In this document: positions 18,697-25,375 of the stretch, piece after piece
How the letters are laid out: every line of letters begins with the position of its first letter
Position numbering within the stretch: position 1 is the first letter of the stretch
Translations under genes and position numbers: made by a program
DNA from: an uncultured Oscillospiraceae bacterium
GTDB taxonomy: Bacteria; Bacillota; Clostridia; Oscillospirales; Acutalibacteraceae
Direction of reading: 5' to 3'
DNA length: 25,375 nt
Assembly (NCBI GenBank): GCA_958451705.1
Contig: CAUDRD010000001.1
Coordinates: 1 to 25,375, forward strand
The notes under the pieces: generated by a model
Database searches by the model: none
What the model saw: the letters and a program-made list of their open reading frames with translations, nothing else
What the model was told of the DNA's origin: nothing

Positions 18697-18721
18697 AGAA
18701 GTAAAAAAAATAAAAAAGGGC

Positions 18722-18750
18722 TTGATTTTCCCGCCGGTTTGTGGTAATAT
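18722..18750 (+). promoter_or_regulatory. sigmaA promoter of the tRNA
   Basis: TTGATT-17 nt-TAATAT with an extended TG and an A-tract UP element upstream. Confidence 0.65.
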
Positions 18751-18795
18751 ATCATGGCAGTTAAGGAACAGATAAAATTCCTCTGCATGATTTTT

Positions 18796-18872
18796 GCGGC
18801 GTTAGCTCAGCTGGATAGAGTGTTTGGCTACGAACCAAAAGGTCGGGGGTTCGAATCCCTTACGCCGTACCA
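18796..18872 (+). tRNA. tRNA-Arg(ACG)
   Basis: Cloverleaf: acceptor GCGGCGT/ACGCCGT, D-arm GCTCAGCTGGATAGAG, anticodon arm TTTGG-CT-ACG-AA-CCAAA, T-loop TTCGAAT, encoded CCA. Confidence 0.98.
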
Positions 18873-18874
18873 CG

Positions 18875-18908
18875 AAAAACCTTGAAACCACGTTGTTTCA
18901 AGGTTTTT
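18875..18908 (+). terminator. Intrinsic terminator after the tRNA
   Basis: AAAAACCTTGAAAC-CACGTT-GTTTCAAGGTTTTT. Confidence 0.85.
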
Positions 18909-18926
18909 TGTTTTGCCTTGAAGCAT

Positions 18927-18948
18927 TTTTTCTAACACTTTTTCTAAC
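18927..18948. repeat. Tandem 10-bp direct repeat TTTTTCTAAC (12-bp period)
   Basis: Exact copies at 18927 and 18939. Confidence 0.7.
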
Positions 18949-18999
18949 GTTAAAAATGTAGATTTATGATATGATTTTCCACATATTTGCTTTTTACGG

Positions 19000-19028
19000 T
19001 TGAAAATTTACCGTCGGGGATATAATAT
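19000..19028 (+). promoter_or_regulatory. Putative sigmaA promoter of desulfoferrodoxin
   Basis: TTGAAA at 19000 with TATAAT/TAATAT at 19021-19028. Confidence 0.5.
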
Positions 19029-19075
19029 ATAGGTGCAAAATATTAAACGGACTTTTGTCCGAAAGGAGAGTTAAT

Positions 19076-19450
19076 ATGGAATTTTATATTTGCAGACATT
19101 GCGGAAACATTATCGCATATGCCGAAAATAAAGGTGTGCCGGTAATTTGCTGCGGCGAAAAGATGGAGAAGCTTGTACCCGGTTCAGTAGACGCTGCTGC
19201 CGAAAAACATGTGCCGGTTATTTCCGTTAACGGTGCAGAGGTTACCGTACACGTTGGAAGCGTTGACCACCCCATGACAGAGGAACATCTTATTGAGTGG
19301 ATTGCCCTTGAAACACATGAGGGAAACCAGCGCAAGCTTTTAAAAGCAGGCTCAGCACCGGAAGCAAAGTTTATGCTTACAGAGAACGACAAAGCTGTTG
19401 CAGCTTATGCTTACTGTAATCTTCACGGACTTTGGAAAGCAGAAGTTTAA
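19076..19450 (+). CDS. dfx: Desulfoferrodoxin (two-iron superoxide reductase)
   Basis: Centre I CxxC...CC; centre II EKHVP, HPMTEEH and YCNLHGLW; ATG 19076 follows AAGGAG. Confidence 0.95.
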   Translation: MEFYICRHCGNIIAYAENKGVPVICCGEKMEKLVPGSVDAAAEKHVPVISVNGAEVTVHVGSVDHPMTEEHLIEWIALETHEGNQRKLLKAGSAPEAKFMLTENDKAVAAYAYCNLHGLWKAEV

Positions 19451-19477
19451 GTGCGAACGGTAACTAAACAAAAAGAT

Positions 19478-19503
19478 AAAGGCAGGCGTAAAGCCTGCCT
19501 TTT
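19478..19503. terminator. Bidirectional terminator (dfx/tex)
   Basis: AAAGGCAGGC-GTAAA-GCCTGCCTTTT. Confidence 0.8.
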
Positions 19504-19567
19504 AGTTTGCTTGATAAGCGGTTATGTCCGCCGCAGGCACTTATAGTTGTTTATCGCTGCCAGTTGG

Positions 19568-19654
19568 TGTGCGACTTGCGTGCAGGCTCAGCCTGCTGTG
19601 CGAAATGGGTGTAGGATCAGCCTGCTGTGCGACATGGGTGCAGCGTCACGCTGC
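19568..19654. repeat. Three tandem 29-bp imperfect repeats, each ending in a 6-bp hairpin with a TCA loop
   Basis: tgtgcgacttgcgtGCAGGCtcaGCCTGC / tgtgcgaaatgggtGTAGGAtcaGCCTGC / tgtgcgacatgggtGCAGCGtcaCGCTGC. Confidence 0.9.
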
Positions 19655-19665
19655 TGCAAACTCAG

Positions 19666-21843
19666 TTAACCTGCTGTGGCTTCCTTTGTTTTCGGGGGTT
19701 TCATTGTAAGGGAGATTCTGCCTCTCTTTGTATCAACGTCGAGAACCCAAACGGTGACTATATCGCCGACTGTAAGCACCTCAGAAGGATGCTTTATAAA
19801 TCTGTCGGTGATTCTCGAAATGTGTACAAGTCCGTCCTGATGAACGCCGATGTCTATAAACGCACCGAAATCTATAACGTTTCTCACCGTTCCCTTAAGC
19901 TCCATGCCGGGCTTTAAGTCCTTCATATCCATAATATCGCTTCTGAGAAGAGGCTTGGGAAGCTCGTCACGGGGATCACGGCCGGGACGCAGGAGCTCCT
20001 TTATAATATCCTCCAAAGTGGGCACACCGATTTCCAGACGCTTTGCAGCTTCTTCAATGCCTATTGAATCAACTCTCTCTCTGAGCTGGCCAATGTTGCC
20101 TGCCGCAACGTCCTTTAATGTGTATCCGCAAAGAGTGAGAAGCAGCTCAGCCGCTTTGTATGATTCAGGGTGTACCGCCGTTGCATCAAGGGGATTTTTG
20201 CTTTCGGGTATACGCAGGAATCCTGCACACTGCTCAAAGGCCTTTGCTCCCAGCTTCGGCACCTTTTTAATCTGAGCTCTCGAGGTAAAAGCTCCGTTTT
20301 CCTCTCTGTACGCCACAATATTTTTTGAAACGCCTGCATTTATTCCCGCAACCTTTGAAAGAAGAGAGGGGGAAGCGGTGTTAAGGTCAACGCCCACGCT
20401 GTTAACGCAGTCTTCTACAACGCCGTCAAGGGACGCTGCAAGCTGTTTCTGAGGCATATCGTGCTGATACTGTCCAACGCCAATTGCCTTGGGGTCAATT
20501 TTAACAAGCTCCGCTAATGGGTCCTGAAGTCTTCTTGCAATTGAAACTGCGCTTCTGAGTGAAACGTCGTATTCCGGGAACTCCTCCGCCGCAAGCTTTG
20601 AAGCAGAGTAAACGGAAGCTCCCGCCTCGCTGACAACCATATATGAAACCTTGTGGGAAGCCTGCTTTATAAGGTCGGCTGCGAATATCTCAGTTTCCTT
20701 TGAAGCGGTTCCGTTGCCGATTGCTATTATTTCAACATTGTATTTTTCGATGAATGAAAGTATGAGCTTTTTAGCCTTCTCTTTTTCTCCGGCAGAATGG
20801 GTGATATAGGCAACTCCCGTATCGAGCACCTTTCCCGTTGCGTCAACTACTGCCACCTTGCATCCTGTTCTGTATCCCGGGTCAAGACCTATGGCGTTTT
20901 TGCCCTTAACGGGAGGCTGCATGAGCAGGGGACGGAGATTTGCGGCGAAAACGTGAATTGCGTCAGTTGCCGCCTGCTCAGTGAGCATAGCTCTTATTTC
21001 ACGTTCAACGGAAGGTGAGATAAGTCTGTCGTAAGAGTCATTTGCCACATCCGTCATAACGTCAACGCAAGGTGAATTGGGGTCAACGGCAGTGACGGAT
21101 TCAATTACTCTCATTGCCTTTTGTCTGTCTATTGAAACGTTCACCTTTAAAAAGCCCTCACGTTCTCCACGGTCAATAGCCAAAACCTGATGACCGTGAA
21201 TTTTGTTTACAGGCTGAGTAAAGTCATAGTAAGCGGTGTAGACACTGTCCTTTTCCGGGTCTACAGCTTTTACTGTAACTGTACCCACAACGGTGAAGAG
21301 GTTTCTCAGACGCTTTCTTATTTCTGCGTTGTCTGAGATATTTTCGGCGATAATATCCATAGCTCCCTGTAAAGCGTCGGCAGGAGCTTCCACGCCTTTT
21401 TCCGGGTCAACAAAGTTTTCAGCAAGGTCAATGGGGAATTTTCCTTCGGTTTCCCCTGAGGAAATTGCATCTGCAAGAGGTTCGAGGCCTTTTTCCCTTG
21501 CGACGGATGCCCTTGTTTTTCTCTTGGGCTTATAGGGACGGTAGATGTCTTCAATTTCCGCAAGGGTAGCCGCTTTTTTAAGAGCCTCTTCTATTTCGGG
21601 AGTCATGGCCTCCTGGGCTTCAATTGCCGCAAAAACGTCGTCTCTTCTCTTTTCGAGATTGCGCAGATATTCAAGTCTTTCTGAAATTTCTCTCAAAACC
21701 TGGTCATCGAGAGTGCCGTGCTGTTCCTTTCTGTAACGGGCGATAAAGGGGATTGTGTTGCCCTCGTCTATAAGCTTTACTGTGTTTTCCACCTGCCAGC
21801 GCTGGAGGGAAAACTCATTTGTAATCTGATTTATTATGTCCAT
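19666..21843 (-). CDS. tex: Tex-family RNA-binding transcription accessory protein
   Basis: GNTIPFIARYRKE, the YqgF-like DPGYRTGCK, EAGASVYSAS, IGVGQYQHD, HhH motifs and a C-terminal S1 domain (FGAFIDIGVHQDGLVHIS). Confidence 0.96.
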   Translation of the reverse strand: MDIINQITNEFSLQRWQVENTVKLIDEGNTIPFIARYRKEQHGTLDDQVLREISERLEYLRNLEKRRDDVFAAIEAQEAMTPEIEEALKKAATLAEIEDIYRPYKPKRKTRASVAREKGLEPLADAISSGETEGKFPIDLAENFVDPEKGVEAPADALQGAMDIIAENISDNAEIRKRLRNLFTVVGTVTVKAVDPEKDSVYTAYYDFTQPVNKIHGHQVLAIDRGEREGFLKVNVSIDRQKAMRVIESVTAVDPNSPCVDVMTDVANDSYDRLISPSVEREIRAMLTEQAATDAIHVFAANLRPLLMQPPVKGKNAIGLDPGYRTGCKVAVVDATGKVLDTGVAYITHSAGEKEKAKKLILSFIEKYNVEIIAIGNGTASKETEIFAADLIKQASHKVSYMVVSEAGASVYSASKLAAEEFPEYDVSLRSAVSIARRLQDPLAELVKIDPKAIGVGQYQHDMPQKQLAASLDGVVEDCVNSVGVDLNTASPSLLSKVAGINAGVSKNIVAYREENGAFTSRAQIKKVPKLGAKAFEQCAGFLRIPESKNPLDATAVHPESYKAAELLLTLCGYTLKDVAAGNIGQLRERVDSIGIEEAAKRLEIGVPTLEDIIKELLRPGRDPRDELPKPLLRSDIMDMKDLKPGMELKGTVRNVIDFGAFIDIGVHQDGLVHISRITDRFIKHPSEVLTVGDIVTVWVLDVDTKRGRISLTMKPPKTKEATAG

Positions 21844-21862
21844 AAAATTTTCCTCACTTTTC

Positions 21863-22843
21863 TTATTTTATTTTAAGCTGCCTTATGTCACGGCCGCAGA
21901 AGTAGACCGGGGTAAAGGAGCCTAAAATACGTGAGGCTATACGCTGGTCGTACTTTTTGTCCAGTTCGCCCGGTTCGAGGTTTGTGCTGATTATTGTGGG
22001 CAAAGATGCGAGCATACGGGAGTTTATTATATTGTAAATGGCCGAAAGGGTAAAGGAGGTTGAAAACTCCGCCCCCAAATCGTCGAGAATAAGTAAATCA
22101 CATTCGAGAAGCAGGGACATTGTGTCTCCGTCCTGACCGCTTCTGCCGAATTTCTCGTTTTCAAGTCGGTTTAAAAGATTCTGTGCTGAGCCGTAAATTA
22201 CACCGAAGCCTTTGTTTATGACTTCTCCCGCAATGGCAAGGGAAAGGTGGGTTTTACCAAGACCCGTTGCACCGTATAAAATAAGGCTTGGGGAATTAAG
22301 GGAAAAGTTCTCGGCATAATTTTTGCAGTAGCGATAGTTTCCTGCCATAAGTCTGCGGGGAACGACGCCGTTTTCAAGAGGTACTTGAGGATAGTAGTCA
22401 AGTTTAAAATCTTCAAAAGTGGATACCGTAAGGGGAGAAATACGGCTGAGTTTATCATAAGCTATTGTTCTTATGAGATTTTTATAGCAGAGACACATTC
22501 TGCCGCCGATGTAGCCTTTGTCATTGCATACGGGGCAGGAATATTTAACTTCCAGATAATCAGAGGGAAAGCCTGCTTCTTTGAGAATTTCAGCTCTGCG
22601 TTTTTGAGCGGCGAGATTATGATTTTTCAGCGTTTCGATAAACTCTGCGCTTTTTTCTTTGTTCATGCCTATGGCTTTTGCCGCTTCAAGGCCGCAGATT
22701 GCCATTTGACGCTCAAGCTCAGCTATTTCCGGAAACTTTTCCACTACTTCCCTGTGATGGCGTTCACGTTCTTTTTCGGCTTTGCTTCGTCTTGCGGCAA
22801 GCTCTTTTTCGGCTCTTTCGTAAACTGAACCGTCATATTTCAC
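21863..22843 (-). CDS. DnaC/DnaI-like helicase-loader ATPase (IstB-like AAA+)
   Basis: Zn motif CPVC...CLC, Walker A GATGLGKT, Walker B LLILDDLG, ISTNL and RIASRI; overlaps the DnaD gene by 4 nt. Confidence 0.9.
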   Translation of the reverse strand: MKYDGSVYERAEKELAARRSKAEKERERHHREVVEKFPEIAELERQMAICGLEAAKAIGMNKEKSAEFIETLKNHNLAAQKRRAEILKEAGFPSDYLEVKYSCPVCNDKGYIGGRMCLCYKNLIRTIAYDKLSRISPLTVSTFEDFKLDYYPQVPLENGVVPRRLMAGNYRYCKNYAENFSLNSPSLILYGATGLGKTHLSLAIAGEVINKGFGVIYGSAQNLLNRLENEKFGRSGQDGDTMSLLLECDLLILDDLGAEFSTSFTLSAIYNIINSRMLASLPTIISTNLEPGELDKKYDQRIASRILGSFTPVYFCGRDIRQLKIK

Positions 22844-23895
22844 TGATTTTCGCCTCCCTGTCCGTCAGCGCCCTGCATGGCACGTTTAATAAATTCGTCT
22901 ACGTCATAAGACGGTGCGTTGCTCGGTTGTGTATTCTTAGGCTGATTTTTTGTATTTTTGCTCTGCTCCCGCTCCTGTCTGTTTTTCATAAGGAGCTGAG
23001 GAGTGGTTATTCCGCTCTCTTTCCAGTTTTCCAAAATTTTGTCCATATACGGAAAGCTTATTTTATCCGTGTGGTCAATCATCTCTTCATAGGCAAGATA
23101 TATCATGTCGCAGGAAAAGCCCCATTCCTCGCTCCACTTGTATAAAAATTCGCTTTGCTTTGATGAGGGGCGGGGAGTTGTAATACCTGTAAGGGCTTTG
23201 AATCTGTTCCAAAGATTTTTCTGAGAGGTGAGCCTTTCAATTTCACTTTCAGCTTTTTCAAGGGTGTCTATATCCTTTTCCGCCCAGCTTTTTCCCACTT
23301 TAAGTATATAGTTCATATTCCTTTTATCAATGGAAACGCAGTAGCCTATAAGCATTAAAATTACTTCCACCGGTAAACCGCAGTTGTCGTGAAGCATTAA
23401 AAGTGAAGCCTGTCCGTCATAGCCTATGGTGCGTCCAAGCTTTGACTGAGCTTCAGAGTAAAGATAGCGAAGCTCAGGACATTCGTCGCAGCGGCTTGCA
23501 ATCTGTTCCAGGTCAGGCTTTATTTCAGGCAAAGGTGCAACAACGTTAATCTTTGAATGTAAAGGCTTGTTTTCTGGTTTTACGTCCTGCTGTACAGCCG
23601 CTTTTGCCTGTTCAGAGGCCTTAGGCATAGGAGCAGCTTTATTTTCGGCAGCGGCTCCGTCTTCAAGAAGTATTCCGTTTTCTGCCCAGTAATGCATTGC
23701 GTCCCGTACATCTGCCGGATCGGTTTTAAGTATCTGTGCAATTTTTTCTTCGTCTGCACCTTCTGCGCTGTAGCGGAAAAGTACCAGCAGCACTTTAAGC
23801 TGCAAAGCACCTGCAAGACGTATATGATTGTCAACAATATCCGCAGGTATGGGGAACATCTGCTGCCACGCCTCGGGACTAATATGGTAAGCCAT
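22840..23895 (-). CDS. DnaD/DnaB_2-domain replication protein
   Basis: N-terminal winged-helix-like region and two DnaB_2-type repeats (NYILKVGKSWAEKDIDT; PYMDKILENWKESGITT). Confidence 0.88.
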   Translation of the reverse strand: MAYHISPEAWQQMFPIPADIVDNHIRLAGALQLKVLLVLFRYSAEGADEEKIAQILKTDPADVRDAMHYWAENGILLEDGAAAENKAAPMPKASEQAKAAVQQDVKPENKPLHSKINVVAPLPEIKPDLEQIASRCDECPELRYLYSEAQSKLGRTIGYDGQASLLMLHDNCGLPVEVILMLIGYCVSIDKRNMNYILKVGKSWAEKDIDTLEKAESEIERLTSQKNLWNRFKALTGITTPRPSSKQSEFLYKWSEEWGFSCDMIYLAYEEMIDHTDKISFPYMDKILENWKESGITTPQLLMKNRQEREQSKNTKNQPKNTQPSNAPSYDVDEFIKRAMQGADGQGGENQ

Positions 23896-23948
23896 AAACT
23901 CATTCCTAACTGAAAATAATAAAAGCTGTACAAAAACCTTGTCTATAT

Positions 23949-23977
23949 ATTTTAACTTCCAAAAAGGATTATTGCAA
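23949..23977 (-). promoter_or_regulatory. Putative sigmaA promoter of the dnaD-loader-tex operon
   Basis: TTGCAA-17 nt-TAAAAT on the minus strand. Confidence 0.6.
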
Positions 23978-24033
23978 ATAAAATTGAGGTGTTTTTATTA
24001 AATATATTTTTAATTTTTTGTAATAGGTTGGAA

Positions 24034-24061
24034 CAGGCGCAGAGTGTAAGCTCTGCGCCTG
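24034..24061 (-). terminator. Hairpin after carB
   Basis: Perfect 11-bp stem CAGGCGCAGAG/CTCTGCGCCTG; the U-tract is weak in the carB direction. Confidence 0.6.
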
Positions 24062-24089
24062 CTTTTAAGTTTTAGATTTTAAATTTATA

Positions 24090-25375
24090 TCAAAGCTCTG
24101 CAATATTTGTGAGAGTAACGGTATCGTTTTCAACCATTGTAGCGCTTTCCATAAGTGAACGTGCAGCATCAAGGGAGGTGATGCAGGTTACGCCGGCCTC
24201 AACTGCGATTCTGCGCAGCTTAAATCCGTCACGGCTCTTAACACGTCCGTGAGTTGGAGTGTTAATGATAAGTGAAACCTCTCCGTTGTGGAGCATATCG
24301 AGGATATTAGGTGACTGCTCTGAGATCTTATTGACAGCGTTAACCTTTATACCCTCTTCCTCAAGCATCTTCTTTGTTCCCTCTGTTGCATAGAACTGGA
24401 ACTCGGAATCCTTAAATCTCTTGAGAAGCTGGCAGATTTCAGGCTTATCCTTATCGCAGACAGTGACTATAATCTTTCCGTCTTTGGGAAGACTTACGCC
24501 GGCACCTTCAAAGGCTTTGAGAAGAGCCTCGTTGTAGTTTCTGGAAATACCGAGAACTTCACCTGTTGACTTCATCTCCGGGCCAAGGCTTGTGTCAGCG
24601 CCTCTGATTTTCTCGAAGGAGAATACGGGCATCTTAATAGCGTAATATCCGCTGTTTCTGTAAAGGCCGGTGCCGTAGGGCATATCCTTAAGCTTTGCAC
24701 CGAGCATGATTTCAGTTGCAATGGCAATGGCGGGAATACCTGTAACCTTGCTGATGTAGGGGACAGTTCTTGAAGAACGGGGGTTTACTTCTATGATGTA
24801 AACTTTGTTGTCCATAACGATAAACTGAATGTTCATCATACCTACAACGTGAAGAGCCTTTGCAAGACGGTTCGTATAGTCAACTATTGTATCCTGAACG
24901 GATTTTGAAATTCTGTTTGCGGGATAAACTGAAATTGAGTCGCCGGAGTGAATACCTGCACGGTCGATGTGTTCCATGATGCCGGGGATAAGTACATCCT
25001 CGCCGTCGCAGATAGCGTCAACCTCAACCTCTTCGCCCATAAGGTACTTATCTACAAGTACAGGGTGCTCATTGAGCTCCTTAACCGTCTTTGTGATGAT
25101 TCCCATGAATTCGCGAATGTCCTCATCGCATACAGCAATCTGCATACCCTGACCGCCGAGAACGTAGCTGGGACGGACAAGAACGGGATAGCCCAGCTGA
25201 TTTGCGGCTTCGATAGCCTCTTCACAGGTAAATACTGTTTTTCCCTTGGGACGGGGGATGGAGCATTTTTCGAGGGTCTCGTCAAAACGCTCTCTGTCCT
25301 CTGCGGCGTCAACGTCGTCTGCGTCTGTACCGTAAATTCTTACGCCCATATCCGTAAGAGCCTTTGTAAGCTTAA
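24090..25375 (-). CDS. carB: Carbamoyl-phosphate synthase large subunit, C-terminal part (5' end outside the window)
   Basis: YPVLVRPSYVLGG, GIHSGDS, IEVNPRSSRTVP, GPEMKSTGEV and an MGS domain; the frame is open to the window edge. Confidence 0.97.
   Translation of the reverse strand, partial: KLTKALTDMGVRIYGTDADDVDAAEDRERFDETLEKCSIPRPKGKTVFTCEEAIEAANQLGYPVLVRPSYVLGGQGMQIAVCDEDIREFMGIITKTVKELNEHPVLVDKYLMGEEVEVDAICDGEDVLIPGIMEHIDRAGIHSGDSISVYPANRISKSVQDTIVDYTNRLAKALHVVGMMNIQFIVMDNKVYIIEVNPRSSRTVPYISKVTGIPAIAIATEIMLGAKLKDMPYGTGLYRNSGYYAIKMPVFSFEKIRGADTSLGPEMKSTGEVLGISRNYNEALLKAFEGAGVSLPKDGKIIVTVCDKDKPEICQLLKRFKDSEFQFYATEGTKKMLEEEGIKVNAVNKISEQSPNILDMLHNGEVSLIINTPTHGRVKSRDGFKLRRIAVEAGVTCITSLDAARSLMESATMVENDTVTLTNIAEL

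Noticed and set aside
19568..19654. CRISPR array
   Set aside because: The units are directly adjacent with conserved 14-nt linkers rather than unique spacers, and there are no cas genes in the window
19524..19709. 61-aa Cys-rich ORF over the repeat
   Set aside because: No RBS, the 29-bp period does not preserve frame, and it overlaps tex antisense
21863..23895. Prophage or IS21 replication module (IstB-like ATPase plus DnaD)
   Set aside because: No integrase, IstA or phage genes; flanked by carB and tex; fits the chromosomal clostridial helicase-loader pair
1011..25312. Numerous 60-155 aa ORFs nested in or antisense to the called genes
   Set aside because: No recognisable motifs; typical shadow frames of well-supported genes
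1075..25375. Genome-wide TAG reassignment (alternative genetic code)
   Set aside because: Only one in-frame TAG among all called genes; a true sense reassignment would interrupt many of them

Overview
Chromosomal window from a low-GC, probably spore-forming clostridial bacterium. The taxonomy is inferred from sigmaA-type promoters, a DnaD/DnaI-type loader pair and a SpoIIQ-like gene. The left half (1-13 kb) is accessory carbohydrate metabolism: an acyltransferase-3 (partial), a GH31 glucosidase, a FUSC/ArAE-like membrane protein, an AraC regulator divergent from a five-gene sugar-acid operon, and a GH13 enzyme. The operon encodes an atypical Zn-MDR dehydrogenase, an L-galactonate-dehydrogenase-like MDR, uxaB, uxaA and an amidohydrolase/lactonase interrupted by one in-frame TAG. 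The right half is mostly housekeeping: purC, purB, GNAT, fhs, an M23/SpoIIQ-like gene, tRNA-Arg(ACG), desulfoferrodoxin, tex, a DnaC/DnaI-like ATPase, a DnaD-domain protein and the 3' part of carB. Four leads stand out. (1) A ~160-bp structured element lies between dfx and tex, with three 29-bp hairpin repeats showing compensatory base changes and closed by 7-bp inverted ends. (2) A probable L-galactose/L-galactonate pathway appears to use an archaeal-glucose-dehydrogenase-like MDR as its first enzyme. (3) The in-frame amber codon is the only TAG among the called genes, all 19 of whose visible termini are TAA or TGA. (4) A two-state foldable leader precedes the GH31 gene. All calls were made by eye, and no searches or folding programs were run.
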